Shown here piece after piece: positions 1 through 10,935 of a stretch of DNA of 64,000 nucleotides. How positions within the stretch are numbered: the first letter of the stretch is position 1; every line of letters begins with the position of its first letter. The stretch is from Candidatus Dormiibacterota bacterium (GTDB taxonomy: Bacteria > Chloroflexota > Dormibacteria > Aeolococcales > Aeolococcaceae): NCBI GenBank assembly GCA_963709585.1, contig CAVPXI010000023.1, positions 32,001 to 96,000 on the forward strand, written 5' to 3'. Both the position numbers and the translations under genes were made by a program. A model generated the notes under the pieces. The model was not told where the DNA came from, did not search any database, and saw only the letters and a list, made by a program, of their open reading frames with translations.

Positions 1-288
1 CATCGTCGCAACCGCATCGTCGACCTCCTGAATGAGATCCCCGGCTTCAAGTGCCATCGTCCTGCGGGCGCCTTCTACGTCTTCCCGGACATCACCGCCA
101 CCGGTTTCGGCGATCGCGAGCTGGCCACCTCGCTGCTCGACGAGGTGGGCGTCGCGGTGCTCCCCGGTCGATCCTTCGGGCCGGAGGGCGCCGGGCACAT
201 CCGCCTCAGCTACGCGGCGTCGATCGCCAACCTGGAGGAGGCGGCGCGCCGCATCGCGCAGTACGTCGGTGCAGCGGTCCCCGGATGA
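1..288 (+). CDS. PLP-dependent aminotransferase class I/II, 3' part (runs off window start)
   Basis: Frame 1 reads ...PAGAFYVFPDI...VAVLPGRSFGPEGAGHIRLSYA..., a typical aspartate aminotransferase C-terminus; TGA at 286-288. Confidence 0.85.
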   Translation, partial: HRRNRIVDLLNEIPGFKCHRPAGAFYVFPDITATGFGDRELATSLLDEVGVAVLPGRSFGPEGAGHIRLSYAASIANLEEAARRIAQYVGAAVPG

Positions 289-309
289 CACCTCCATGGC
301 GCGCTCGTG

Positions 310-1769
310 ATGAACCAGCCGGTTCCCGGCCTCGAGGAGACACAGCGCCTTCTCGCTGACCACGACGGCGTCGCGGTCGTTCTCGAGCTTCCGATCGGCG
401 AAGCGACCCCGGTTGCCGCCATGCGAGCGCTCGGGACTGATGCGAGCTGCTTCCTGCTCGAATCGGTCGAGGGAAGTGGGGCGGTGGCTCGCTGGTCGAT
501 CCTCGGCCACCGTCCGTCGCGCGTGATCAGCGACGCCGGGGATGGTGAGGACCCGCTCGCCCTCCTCGAGCGCGACGTTGCGTCGATCCGGGTTGCCACC
601 GCGCCAGGGGTTGGGGCCCCGCTGTTCGGCGGCGCAGTCGGCTTTCTCACCTACGAGGCGGCGGGGCGGTACGAGCGCCTCCCGGCGGCGACCCATAACC
701 CGCTTGATCTGCCGCATCAGTGGTTTGCGATCTTCGACACCGTCGCGGTCTTCGACCATGCGCAGCATCGCCTGCTGCTCTCCAGCTGCGTCCGTCGCGA
801 CGATCCCGAGGGAATTGATGCCGCCTACGAGCAGGCGCTCACCCGCATCGGCGAGTTGCGCGCGGCGGTGTGCTGGGCGGTTGCGGGCCGGCCTCTCGCT
901 TGCCGGGCATTCCCGTCGACGTCGCCGCCCACGATCCCGAAGCCAATCTTTCAAGGGACGAGTACCAGGACCGGGTGCGGCGAGCGCTCGACTACATAGT
1001 GGCCGGAGACATCTTCCAGGTCCAGGTGTCGCGGCGATTCGCCGTGCCGCTGCAGGCGGATCCCTTCGACGTGTACGTCGCCCTGCGCGCCATCAACCCG
1101 AGCCCGTACATGATCTATATCGCCACGCCGGAGTGCACGCTGGTCGGTGCCTCGCCCGAGATGCTCGTCCAGGTCACGGAGAGCAGCGTCCGATATCACC
1201 CAATCGCCGGAACCCGGCGGCGGGGGCGCACACCCGAGGACGACGCGCGCATGGAGCGTGAGCTTCGATCCAGCGACAAGGAGGCGGCGGAGCACCTCAT
1301 GCTTATCGATCTCGGGCGCAACGATCTTGGACGGGTGTGCTCGACCGGCAGCGTGCGCGTCACCCAGCACATGGAGGTGGAGCGCTACTCGCACGTCATG
1401 CATCTGGTGAGCAGCATCGAAGGGACCCTCGACGAAGGCTACGGTTCGCTCGACGCGCTGCGCGCGTGCTTTCCCGCCGGGACGGTCACCGGGGCGCCGA
1501 AAATCCGTGCGATGGAGATCATCGCCGAGCTCGAGCCCGAGGTTCGCGGACCCTACGCCGGCGCGATCGGCTACGTCGGCTACGGCGGGGATCTCGACAC
1601 GGCGATCGCGCTGCGCACCATCGTGGTCCGGCAGGGCATCGCATACGTGCAGGCGGCGGCCGGCATCGTCGCCAACTCGTCGCCTCACGAGGAGACGGTC
1701 GAGATCGACAACAAGGTGGCCGCGCAGATCCTCGCGGTGGAGGAGGCGAACGCGTGGGCTCGACGCTGA
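310..1769 (+). CDS. trpE: Anthranilate synthase component I (split by a frameshift near 870-900)
   Basis: N-half FLLESVEG..RWSILG, GGAVGFLTYE in ORF 307-999; C-half GDIFQVQVS, NPSPYM, PIAGTRRRG, EHLMLIDLGRND, GAPKIRAMEII in ORF 870-1769. Confidence 0.92.
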
Positions 1770-2365
1770 GCGGCCAGGTGCTGGTCATCGACAACTACGA
1801 CTCGTTCACGTTCAATCTGGTGCAGTACCTGCGCGAGCTCGGCGCGACGGTTGCCGTCGTGCGCAACGACGCGCTTTCCGTCGCCGACATCGCGCGCTTG
1901 GATCCCGCGGCGATCGTGATGTCGCCGGGACCGCGAATCCCCGAGGAAGCGGGGATCTGCGTCGACCTCATCCGCGAGCTTGGGCTGACTGTGCCGATGC
2001 TCGGCGTGTGCCTCGGCCACCAGGCAATCGGCGTCGCCTATGGCGCCAGGGTTGTCCGCGCGCCTGCCGTGGTCCACGGTAAGGTCGGCGCGGTCCACCA
2101 TGCTGGCGCCGGCGTGCTCCGCGGTGTCGAGGATCCGTTCATGGCCACCCGCTACCACTCCCTCGTGGTCTCGACCACTGGGCTACCCGGCGTTCTCGAG
2201 GCGACGGCATGGAGCGACGACGGCCTGATCATGGCCATGCGCCACCGAGACTTTGCCGTCGAGGGTGTGCAGTTCCACCCCGAGTCGGTGGGCACACCGG
2301 CCGGTCGTGCGCTGCTGCGCAACTTCCTCGACACGGCGGGCATCGCCGTCGGAGTGGGCTCGTGA
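1754..2365 (+). CDS. trpG: Anthranilate synthase component II (glutamine amidotransferase)
   Basis: VIDNYDSFTFNL, SPGP, GVCLGHQ, RYHSL, GVQFHPES; AGGAGG RBS before GTG at 1754. Confidence 0.95.
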   Translation: MGSTLSGQVLVIDNYDSFTFNLVQYLRELGATVAVVRNDALSVADIARLDPAAIVMSPGPRIPEEAGICVDLIRELGLTVPMLGVCLGHQAIGVAYGARVVRAPAVVHGKVGAVHHAGAGVLRGVEDPFMATRYHSLVVSTTGLPGVLEATAWSDDGLIMAMRHRDFAVEGVQFHPESVGTPAGRALLRNFLDTAGIAVGVGS

Positions 2366-3158
2366 GTGCGGTGGAGGCGCGCTCAGCGCCATCGCGCGTC
2401 GCAAGCGCGCCGAGGTCGAGCAGCTCCGCTGCGTGGAGGCCACACTCTGGGCCAAGGCCGAATCGCTGCCTGCCGCGCGCGGCACGGCGGACGCGCTGCG
2501 CGGCGGCACGATCATCGCCGAGATCAAGCGCCGCTCACCGAGTGGCGGTGTCCTCCGTCCCGAGCTGGATCCAGCGGCGCTCGCGAGGGAATATGCCGCG
2601 TGCGGCGCTGCCGCCATCTCGGTGCTTACCGACGGACCCGACTTCGGGGGCTCGCTCGACGACCTCGCCCGGGTGCGCGCCGCGCTCGATATTCCGTTGC
2701 TGCGCAAGGATTTCACGCTCGATCCGGTGCAGATCGCCGAAGCCCGGGTGGCGGGCGCCGACTGGGTGCTCCTGATCGTCGCGCTGCTCGACACCGACAC
2801 CCTCGACCTCTGTCTCGCCGGTGTCGCTCGCAGCGGTGCGCACGCGATCGTCGAGGTGCACGACGTCGATGAGGCGCGCGTCGCCGTCGCCGCGGGAGCC
2901 GAGTGCGTCGGCATCAACAACCGCAACCTGAGCACGCTCGCCACCGACCTGGCGACCTTCGCCCGGGTACGTCACGCCATCCCGGAGGGCATCATCTGCA
3001 TCGCCGAGTCAGGGGTTCGCAGCCCGGCCGACGTCTTGCGCCTCGTCAACGAGGGAGCCGACGCGGTGCTCGTCGGCGAGGCGCTGATGCGCGCCCATTC
3101 CCCGGCGGACGCGTGCGCCGCGATGGTCGCCGCGGCGCACGACGCGATGCGCTCGTGA
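2362..3158 (+). CDS. trpC: Indole-3-glycerol phosphate synthase (start uncertain; probable indel near 5' end)
   Basis: IIAEIKRRSPS, ISVLTD, LRKDF, GINNRNL, AESG, LVGEALM. Confidence 0.93.
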
Positions 3159-3796
3159 TCGTCAAGGTGTGCGGCGTGCGCACGGCCGAGATCGCCGAGG
3201 CGGCGATTGACGCGGGCGCCGACTGGATCGGCTTGATGCTGGTGCCGAGGAGCGCGCGGTGGGTTGACGACGATGCGGCCCTGGCGGTGATGCGGGCGGT
3301 CGGCGGCCGCGCGGATCTGATCGGCGTCTTCGTCGAGCCCAGCGCCGCCGAGTGCGAGGACGCGGCAACTCGATACCGGCTCGCCGGCGTCCAGGTGCAC
3401 GGCGACTTCGACCGCACGCTGGTTATGACCTGCTCCGTTCCGGTCATTCCTGTCTTCAACGTGGAGGACCGGGTCGCGGCGACCACCATCGACTGGGCAC
3501 CGGACACGCTGGTGATGCTCGACGGAATGCCCGACAGGGGAGCGCTCCCCGGCGGCACCGGGCACCACGTCCCCATGGGCTGGGCCGCGGATGTCGCCCG
3601 CCACCGCGAGATCCTGCTCGCCGGGGAACTCGGTCCGGACGACGTCGCGCAGGCGATCGCCACCGTGCGTCCCGCCGGCGTGGATGCGTCGAGCCGGCTG
3701 GAGCGGCGTCCCGGAGAGAAGGATCCCGAGCTCGTCCGACGCTACGTGATCGCTGCTCGATCAGCCTCGGCGACGCTGGAGGTGGAGCCGCGATGA
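3155..3796 (+). CDS. trpF: Phosphoribosylanthranilate isomerase
   Basis: [29 protein letters not shown]. Confidence 0.92.
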   Translation: MIVKVCGVRTAEIAEAAIDAGADWIGLMLVPRSARWVDDDAALAVMRAVGGRADLIGVFVEPSAAECEDAATRYRLAGVQVHGDFDRTLVMTCSVPVIPVFNVEDRVAATTIDWAPDTLVMLDGMPDRGALPGGTGHHVPMGWAADVARHREILLAGELGPDDVAQAIATVRPAGVDASSRLERRPGEKDPELVRRYVIAARSASATLEVEPR

Positions 3797-4971
3797 GTGC
3801 GCAGACGCGCGGCCGCTTCGACGGGTATGGCGGCGCGTATGTGCCCGAGACCCTCGTGCCGGCCCTCGAGGAGCTCGACGCCGAGATGATCAGCGCCTTC
3901 GCCGACATAGCCTTCACCACCGACCTCGACCGCCGGCTCGCCGAGTTCGCCGGCCGTCCGACGCCGGTGACCCACGCCCGCCGCCTCAGCGCCGCGTCCG
4001 GGGGGGCCCAGATCTGGCTCAAGCGTGAGGACCTCCTCCACACCGGCGCGCACAAGCTGAACAATGCCCTCGGCCAGGTCCTGCTCGCCGAGCGCATGGG
4101 CAAGCGGCGGATCATCGCCGAGACGGGAGCGGGGCAGCACGGGGTTGCGACCGCGACGGCGTGCGCCGCGCTCGGCCTCGAGTGCGTTGTGTACATGGGT
4201 CGCGAGGACATGCGCCGCCAGGCGCTCAACGTCTACAAGATGGGCTTGCTCGGGGCCGAGGTCGTGCCCGTGGACAGCGGCTCGGCTACCCTCAAGGACG
4301 CCACCAACGAGGCGATCCGTGACTGGGTGGGACATGTTCGCGGCACCCATTACGTCATCGGCAGTGCCGTCGGACCGCATCCGTACCCGTCGCTGGTGCG
4401 ACGCCTGCAGCAGGTGATCGGCGACGAGGCGCGCGCGCAGATGCTCTCCCGTCTGGACCGTAAGCCTTCGGTGGTGGTGGCCTGCGTCGGCGGGGGAAGC
4501 AACGCCATCGGAATGTTCGCGGCGTTTCTCGACGACGACGTTCGCCTGATCGGTGTCGAGGCGGCGGGGCGTGGGCTCGACAGCGGCGAGCACGCGGCGC
4601 CACTCTCGCGAGGCCGTCCCGGCGTGCTCCACGGGTCGCTGAGCTACCTGATGCAGGATGACGCCGGACAGGTCCTCGCCACCCATTCGATCAGCGCCGG
4701 CCTCGACTATCCGGGGGTCGGCCCGGAGCACAGCGCGCTCCGCGACAGCGGGCGGGTCGACTATCTCACCGCCACCGACGCGGACGCCCTCGCCGCGTTC
4801 CATCAACTCTGCCTGCTCGAGGGCATCATCCCCGCCCTCGAGTCGTCGCACGCCCTGCATGTCGCCGCCAGGATCGCCGTCGATCGAGCTCCTGACGACG
4901 TGGTGCTCGTCTGCCTCAGCGGCCGCGGTGACAAGGATGTCGACACCGTGCGCGAGCACGACCCGGTATGA
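3793..4971 (+). CDS. trpB: Tryptophan synthase beta subunit
   Basis: [52 protein letters not shown]. Confidence 0.97.
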   Translation: MSAQTRGRFDGYGGAYVPETLVPALEELDAEMISAFADIAFTTDLDRRLAEFAGRPTPVTHARRLSAASGGAQIWLKREDLLHTGAHKLNNALGQVLLAERMGKRRIIAETGAGQHGVATATACAALGLECVVYMGREDMRRQALNVYKMGLLGAEVVPVDSGSATLKDATNEAIRDWVGHVRGTHYVIGSAVGPHPYPSLVRRLQQVIGDEARAQMLSRLDRKPSVVVACVGGGSNAIGMFAAFLDDDVRLIGVEAAGRGLDSGEHAAPLSRGRPGVLHGSLSYLMQDDAGQVLATHSISAGLDYPGVGPEHSALRDSGRVDYLTATDADALAAFHQLCLLEGIIPALESSHALHVAARIAVDRAPDDVVLVCLSGRGDKDVDTVREHDPV

Positions 4972-5786
4972 CCGCGGCACCGGTGACGCGGTTCACCGCC
5001 GCCTTCGCCGGCCGGACGGAGGATGCGCCCCCAGGGCTCATCCCTTATTTCAGCGCCGGATATCCGCATCTCGACAGCCTCGGAGCGCTGCTGCTGTGCG
5101 CGCAGCGCAGCGGCTGCATCGCGGCCGAGGTGGGGATCCCGTTCAGCGATCCGCTGGCGGACGGACCGACGATCCAGCGCACCGGTCACGTGGCTCTGAG
5201 CAACGGGATGACCGCGGCCACAGCGCTCGCGCAGGTGCGCGCTGCGCGTACAGCCGGCGTGAGCATCCCGCTCGCGGTGATGACCTATATCAACCCGGTG
5301 CTCAGTTTCGGCATCGTCGACTTCGCGAGAGTGGCGTCGGCGGCGGGGGTCGACGGCATCATCCTTCCCGACCTCCCGCTCGACGAGGCCGCGGGCGCCA
5401 GGGAGGCGATGCACACCACCGGCGTGGCGCTGATTCCGCTGGTCGCACCCACCACCACGGCGGATCGCCTGGCGCGCATCTGCGCGACCGCCGCGGGGTT
5501 TGTCTACTGCATCGGCGTGACTGGTGTCACCGGCGCGCGGCGCACGATCGCCGGCGACGCGATCTCGCTACTCGACGCGGTGCGCGAGCTGACACCACTG
5601 CCGCGAGCACTCGGCTTCGGACTCTCGACGCACGAGCACCTGACGGCGCTGCGCGGGCACGCTGAAGCGGCCGTGGTCGGGTCCGCGCTGCTCGACGCCA
5701 TCGGCCTCGATCCCGACATCGCGGTCGCCGCCGCCGGGCGATTCCTCACCGCCATGATCGGCACTCAGATGGCGCCGGCGGGGTGA
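4968..5786 (+). CDS. trpA: Tryptophan synthase alpha subunit
   Basis: [32 protein letters not shown]. Confidence 0.96.
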   Translation: MTAAPVTRFTAAFAGRTEDAPPGLIPYFSAGYPHLDSLGALLLCAQRSGCIAAEVGIPFSDPLADGPTIQRTGHVALSNGMTAATALAQVRAARTAGVSIPLAVMTYINPVLSFGIVDFARVASAAGVDGIILPDLPLDEAAGAREAMHTTGVALIPLVAPTTTADRLARICATAAGFVYCIGVTGVTGARRTIAGDAISLLDAVRELTPLPRALGFGLSTHEHLTALRGHAEAAVVGSALLDAIGLDPDIAVAAAGRFLTAMIGTQMAPAG

Positions 5787-7087
5787 CCCATGAGCGCGTC
5801 TCTCCGGCAGCTCGGGTCGACGGCGACGTCGACGTTCCCGGTGACAAGTCAATCAGCCACCGCGCCCTGATCCTTGGTGCCCTGGCGAAGGGCCGGACGT
5901 ACATCGGCAACGCGTCGCCGGCGGCGGACGTCCTTGCGACCGCCGCCTGCCTGCGCGCCTGTGGCGCCTGGGTGCGTGACTTCCCACCGGATCGGTACGC
6001 GCTCGACGGGGCAGGCGCCGGCATCAGCCTGCGCAGCCCCGACGGCGTGCTCGACTGCGCCAACTCGGGGACCACCATGCGCCTGCTCACCGGCGCGCTC
6101 GCCGGGAGCGACTGCGACGCGACCCTCGACGGCGACGCGTCGTTGCGCCGGCGTCCGATGCTGCGCGTCGCCGAACCGCTGCGCGCCATGGGGGCGGGCA
6201 TCGACGCATCGCCGCAGGGGACCGCGCCACTCCGGGTACGGGGCAGGAGCAGGCTCGAGGGGGTGACCTGGCGGTCACCGGTGGCAAGCGCGCAGGTGAA
6301 ATCGGCCATCCTGCTCGCCGGGCTCTCGGCCGACCGGCCGACCACGGTCGTCGAACCGGTGCCGAGCCGGGACCACACCGAGCGGATGCTCGGCATGTGC
6401 GGGGTCGCGGTGGTGTCGAACGGGTCCGAGGTGACCGTCCATCCCGGACCCCTCGAACCCTTCGGGCTGCGCGTCCCGGGAGACCTCAGCTCCGCCGCGT
6501 TCTTCCTCGCGCTGGCGGCGTCCCGTCCCGGCTGGCGGATTCGCTGCCGACGGGTGGGCATCAACCCCGGTCGCACGGGCATCCTGGCGGTGCTCGAGGC
6601 GATGGGCGCGGCCATCCAGGTGGAGGAGGGGGAGCCGGCCGGCGGGGTCGAGCCGGTCGGCGACGTCGAGGTGCGCGGAGCCCACCTTCACGGGGTGACG
6701 ATCTCCGGCTCGCAGACTGTGCGGTCGATCGACGAGCTCCCGATCATCGCGGTGCTCGCGAGTCAGGCCGACGGCGACACCGTGATCCGCGACGCGGGCG
6801 AGCTTCGCAACAAGGAGACCGACCGCATCGCCGTGCTCGAGACCGGCCTCCGCCTGCTCGGTGTGCCCTGCGAGAGCAGCCCGGATGGACTCATCGTCCA
6901 CGGCCCAGTGCGGCTTCGCGGCGCCCATCTCGACGCGGCCGGTGACCACCGTTTGGCCATGGCATGGGCGATCGCGGCGGCGCTGGTGCCCGAGGGTGGC
7001 GGCGACACGGTCATCGAGGGGGCTGACGCGGCTGCAGTCTCCTACCCGAGCTTCTTCACCGACCTCGCGACGCTGTTGTCCTCCTGA
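5783..7087 (+). CDS. aroA: 3-phosphoshikimate 1-carboxyvinyltransferase
   Basis: PGDKSISHRA, NSGTTMRL, SAQVKSA, RDHTERML, KETDRI, GDHRLAM. Confidence 0.96.
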   Translation: MTHERVSPAARVDGDVDVPGDKSISHRALILGALAKGRTYIGNASPAADVLATAACLRACGAWVRDFPPDRYALDGAGAGISLRSPDGVLDCANSGTTMRLLTGALAGSDCDATLDGDASLRRRPMLRVAEPLRAMGAGIDASPQGTAPLRVRGRSRLEGVTWRSPVASAQVKSAILLAGLSADRPTTVVEPVPSRDHTERMLGMCGVAVVSNGSEVTVHPGPLEPFGLRVPGDLSSAAFFLALAASRPGWRIRCRRVGINPGRTGILAVLEAMGAAIQVEEGEPAGGVEPVGDVEVRGAHLHGVTISGSQTVRSIDELPIIAVLASQADGDTVIRDAGELRNKETDRIAVLETGLRLLGVPCESSPDGLIVHGPVRLRGAHLDAAGDHRLAMAWAIAAALVPEGGGDTVIEGADAAAVSYPSFFTDLATLLSS

Positions 7088-7091
7088 CCCG

Positions 7092-7565
7092 TCAGGGATC
7101 GAAGCTGAGCAGCAGGTGGGCGCTGTCGCGGGCCTCGACGACCTTGAGCCAGCGGACGGCGATGGTGACGGGGAGCACCTCCTGCCCCTCGACATACGCC
7201 TGGGCACCCGCGGCATGGTCGATCAGCCGGCGGACCACGTCCATGCGCAGCCCCGGATCCTCGACGACCGATGCGATGCCTCCACCCTGGATCCACCGTG
7301 AGGCATTGCCGGGTGAGCACATGAACGCGACCCGCGGATCCGCGGCGAGCTCGCGATGCAGGCGCGACCCGCCTCTGGTCGCGATCAGGAGGCGGATGCC
7401 GGTCGCGGTGCGCTCCGGCGCGAAGAAGACGCCGGCGACATGGGGACCCGCCCGACCTGTCGTGGCCAGCGCCATGGTGTCGTAGGCGCGCAGCGCCCAG
7501 AGCGCTCGCTCGAGCGCCAGCGGCGTCACCGCCCCGTCGCCATCGCGCTCTGCTTCGGATGTCAT
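7092..7565 (-). CDS. Pyridoxamine 5'-phosphate oxidase-like (split-barrel flavin-binding) protein
   Basis: TMALAT..GPHVAGVFF, S.LHRELAADPRVAF pattern; overlaps the fpg stop. Confidence 0.6.
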   Translation of the reverse strand: MTSEAERDGDGAVTPLALERALWALRAYDTMALATTGRAGPHVAGVFFAPERTATGIRLLIATRGGSRLHRELAADPRVAFMCSPGNASRWIQGGGIASVVEDPGLRMDVVRRLIDHAAGAQAYVEGQEVLPVTIAVRWLKVVEARDSAHLLLSFDP

Positions 7566-8419
7566 CGCAGCAGGCGGCTCAGACGCCGGTCCGCGAGGAC
7601 ACGTCCTCCCGTCTGGCACCGCGGGCAGTACTGAAATGAGCGGGACGCCAGCGAGACCTCGCGGACGGTCTCACCGCAGACCGGGCAGGGCAGCCCGGTG
7701 CGGCCGTGGACCTGCATCGACTGCCGCTTCCCATCCTTGAGCGACCCCGGATCCGAGTCGACGGCGAGCGCCACCGCCGCGGTCAACACGTCTCGAATCG
7801 CGGCCGCCAGGCGATCGAGCTCCTCGTCGCTGAGCGCGTCCGCATGCCGGAAGGGCGAGAGCTGCGCGGCGTGCAGGATCTCGTCGGAGTAGGCGTTCCC
7901 GATGCCGGCGATCACCGACTGGTCGGCGAGCACGCTCTTGAGCGTTCCCCGCTGATCGCGGAGCAGGCTGCCCAGCATCGGCGGCGACAAGCCCGGGTCG
8001 AGCGCATCGATCCCGAGTCGGGCCACCCCAGGGACGTCGCCGGGATCGCTGACGATCGAGACCGCAAGGCGCTTGTCCGTCCCGTGCTCGGTGATCTCGA
8101 GGCTGCCGCCGTCCTCGAGGGTCACGATCACCGCAAGCGGGCCCCGAAGCGATGGCCGCGCGTTGGTGGGTTTGTCACGAAGCCGGATCCATCCCCCACG
8201 GGCGAGATGCACGACCAGGTGCAGGGGTGGAACCGCGAAATCGAGGAACTTGCCCCGACGGACGCAGCCGCCGAAGACCAGGCCCTCGAGCGCGGTCGCC
8301 GGCGGGTCGAACGTCTTGAGCACCGCGACCGAGCGCACGGCGACACGCGACACCACACGTCCACGGAGCCGGGTGTCGAACGACCGGCACAGCGCTTCGA
8401 CCTCGGGCAATTCAGGCAT
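7562..8419 (-). CDS. Fpg/Nei family DNA glycosylase
   Basis: MPELPEVE start, GIGNAYSDEILH, C-terminal CPVC...CPRCQ zinc finger. Confidence 0.93.
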   Translation of the reverse strand: MPELPEVEALCRSFDTRLRGRVVSRVAVRSVAVLKTFDPPATALEGLVFGGCVRRGKFLDFAVPPLHLVVHLARGGWIRLRDKPTNARPSLRGPLAVIVTLEDGGSLEITEHGTDKRLAVSIVSDPGDVPGVARLGIDALDPGLSPPMLGSLLRDQRGTLKSVLADQSVIAGIGNAYSDEILHAAQLSPFRHADALSDEELDRLAAAIRDVLTAAVALAVDSDPGSLKDGKRQSMQVHGRTGLPCPVCGETVREVSLASRSFQYCPRCQTGGRVLADRRLSRLLR

Positions 8420-8432
8420 CGCGGATGAAAGA

Positions 8433-9143
8433 ATGCGCTCGGTGCTGAGAAGCGTGGCTGGACCGCGTGCCGTCGGGCCGCGGCGGAGCCGTGCGCACGG
8501 GGCGGAGGACGTCCTCTGCGTGCCCCGGTCGACCATCTTTCCGGACGGCGCCTGGCACGGCTTGATCGCGCGCGGACTGGAGCGCGTGCTGCGGACGGTC
8601 CACGCGACATCGGAATACAGGCCTCGCGCGGAGATCGAGGACGATCCTGAGCTGCAGCAGATCATCCCGTACTGCGTGGTGCACCACGCTCACAACGACA
8701 CCTATCTGCTCACCCGCCGCCTTCGACGCTCGAGTGAAAAACGCCTTCACCATCTTTACTCGCTGGGGATCGGCGGACACGTGAACCCTGGCGACGGGGA
8801 GGCCGAGGACCCGGTGGTCGGCGGCCTGCGCCGGGAATGGGCCGAGGAGATCCGCTGCGAGGCGCCGGCGCGGGCCAGCCTCGTGGCTCTCCTCAACGAC
8901 GATTCGAGCCCGGTTTCGCGCGTCCACCTCGGCCTCGTGTTCCTCGTGGAACCCGCCGACGGCGTCGTCGAGGTGCGCGAGGTCGAGAAGCTGGAAGGGG
9001 AGTCGCTGTCGCTCGAGGCGATGCGGCGCCACTACCTGAGCATGGAGTCCTGGTCTCAGCTCGTCTTCGACGACCTCGTTGCCGGCGCGCGGACGCGAGT
9101 GGAGAAGAGCCCGCTGATCGTCGACCTCGACCCCGAGCCATGA
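8433..9143 (+). CDS. NUDIX-family phosphoesterase
   Basis: EDDPELQQIIPY, EKRLH..SLGIGGHVN, GLRREWAEE. Confidence 0.8.
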   Translation: MRSVLRSVAGPRAVGPRRSRAHGAEDVLCVPRSTIFPDGAWHGLIARGLERVLRTVHATSEYRPRAEIEDDPELQQIIPYCVVHHAHNDTYLLTRRLRRSSEKRLHHLYSLGIGGHVNPGDGEAEDPVVGGLRREWAEEIRCEAPARASLVALLNDDSSPVSRVHLGLVFLVEPADGVVEVREVEKLEGESLSLEAMRRHYLSMESWSQLVFDDLVAGARTRVEKSPLIVDLDPEP

Positions 9144-9505
9144 CCCGCGCGGTCCCCTCGCACCCGGAGTTCTTTCTCGCGCCCCAGGATCTCGCGGCCT
9201 GGTTCGAGGCGAATCCAGCAGCAGCGGAGTTGTGGGTGGGATTCTGGAAGAAGGGCTTTGAGCGCCCGGGCATCTCCTACGCGGATGCCGTCGACGAGGC
9301 GTTGTGCAACGGCTGGATCGACAGCGTCATCCGGCGCGTCGACGAGGCGAGTTACATGCTCCGCTTCACCCCGAGACGCCCGAGGAGCAACTGGACGGAT
9401 GCCAACCTCCGCCGTGTCGAGGAGCTGCGCGCGGCGGGCCGTCTGCACGCCGGCGGGGAGCGCGCGGTCGCGGCACATGCAGCTGCGGGGCGCGCCAAGC
9501 GGTGA
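9140..9505 (+). CDS. YdeI/OmpD-associated family protein (short form)
   Basis: ELWVGFWKK, YADAVDEALCNGWIDS, RFTPRRPRSNW. Confidence 0.8.
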   Translation: MTRAVPSHPEFFLAPQDLAAWFEANPAAAELWVGFWKKGFERPGISYADAVDEALCNGWIDSVIRRVDEASYMLRFTPRRPRSNWTDANLRRVEELRAAGRLHAGGERAVAAHAAAGRAKR

Positions 9506-9527
9506 CCCTCCGTATACTCGGCCCTCA

Positions 9528-9815
9528 ATGACAACCACGGTTCGCGTTCCTGGACCGCTGCGCCGGCTTACCGGCGGCAACGCCGAGGTGATTGTCGAGG
9601 GCGACACCGTCGGTGCGGTGCTCACCAACCTCGAAGCCACCTATCCTGGCTTCCACGATCGTCTCTACGACGACTCCGGAAGCCTGCGGCAGTTCATCAA
9701 CATCTATGTCAATGACTCCGATATCCGCTTCGCCCAGGGCCTCGAAACCGCCATCGCCGAACGCGACGAGGTATCGATCGTCCCCGCCGTTGCCGGAGGT
9801 GGCGGTCGCCGCTGA
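9528..9815 (+). CDS. MoaD/ThiS/CysO-like ubiquitin-fold sulfur carrier
   Basis: VRVPGPLRRLTGG, FINIYVNDSDIRF, IVPAVAGG followed by extra GGRR. Confidence 0.88.
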   Translation: MTTTVRVPGPLRRLTGGNAEVIVEGDTVGAVLTNLEATYPGFHDRLYDDSGSLRQFINIYVNDSDIRFAQGLETAIAERDEVSIVPAVAGGGGRR

Positions 9816-10923
9816 CCGTCCGCTGGATCTCCTGCCGCGATCAGCGGTGATCGCCGTGGCAATGTCGGGCGGAGTGGACTCCAGCGTCGCTGCCGCTCGC
9901 GTTGCGGCCACGGGTCTGCGCGCGTTCGGCATCACCCTGGCGATGTGGCGGGGAGGGCAGGAGATCGTCCGCGATCGCGGATGCTGCTCGATCGACGCGG
10001 TGGATGACGCCAGGCGGGTCGCGACCGCGCTGGCGCTGCCTCACTACGTCTGGAACCTCGAGCAGGATTTCGAGGGAGAAGTTGTGCGTGACTTCGAAGC
10101 CGGATACGAGCGCGGCATCACCCCGAATCCATGCGTCCGGTGCAACCAGCGCATCAAATTCGGCGTCCTGCTCGAGCGCGCTCGAGCGGCGGGGGCGACG
10201 CACCTGGCGACCGGCCACTATGCACGCACCGGCCGGAGGGGCTCGCTGGCGACACTGCATCGAGCCCGTGATGCCCGCCGCGACCAGGCATACGTGCTTC
10301 ACCGCCTCGATCAGCGCCAGCTGCAGAGCGCCGTCTTCGCGCTCGGCGCCGACGCATCCAAGGCGGGCGTCCGCGCCGAGGCGGCAGCCCTCGGTCTGGG
10401 AACGGCCGCCAAGCCCGAGTCACAGGACCTGTGCTTCATCGACTCGAACATCAGGTCCGAGTTGCGGCTGCGGCTCGCCGGTCGGTTCGCGCCCGGCGCG
10501 ATCATCGAGTCCGACGGCACGGTACTCGGGCAGCACGAGGGCCTCCCGTTCTATACGGTGGGTCAGCGCGCCGGCCTGGGGATTCAACCTTCGCGTCCCG
10601 ACGCGGCGCCGCGCTATGTCATCGAGCTCCTGCACGATGCGAACGCCGTGGTCGTCGGCCCGCGCGAAGCGTTGCGTCGAAGCACCGTCGAGGCATCCTC
10701 GTTCACGTGGGTCGCGGGCTCGGCGCCGCCGTCGGATACCGAGTGCGAGGCGCAGCTTCGGGCCCACGGCGACCCACACAGGGCACGGATCGAGGCAGGC
10801 GACCAGGACGTCGTGCGCGTCCGGTTCGAGACCCCGGTCGACCAGGCGGCGCCGGGCCAATCGCTGGTGCTCTACCGCGGTGATGAGGTCCTCGGAGGCG
10901 GATTGATCCGCCGGGCCGCCTGA
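9799..10923 (+). CDS. mnmA: tRNA 2-thiouridine(34) synthase
   Basis: AMSGGVDSS, CC, TPNPCVRCN, ATGHYA, KPESQDLCF, YTVGQR, APGQ. Confidence 0.95.
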   Translation: MAVAADRPLDLLPRSAVIAVAMSGGVDSSVAAARVAATGLRAFGITLAMWRGGQEIVRDRGCCSIDAVDDARRVATALALPHYVWNLEQDFEGEVVRDFEAGYERGITPNPCVRCNQRIKFGVLLERARAAGATHLATGHYARTGRRGSLATLHRARDARRDQAYVLHRLDQRQLQSAVFALGADASKAGVRAEAAALGLGTAAKPESQDLCFIDSNIRSELRLRLAGRFAPGAIIESDGTVLGQHEGLPFYTVGQRAGLGIQPSRPDAAPRYVIELLHDANAVVVGPREALRRSTVEASSFTWVAGSAPPSDTECEAQLRAHGDPHRARIEAGDQDVVRVRFETPVDQAAPGQSLVLYRGDEVLGGGLIRRAA

Positions 10924-10935
10924 GGCCCGCCGGCG

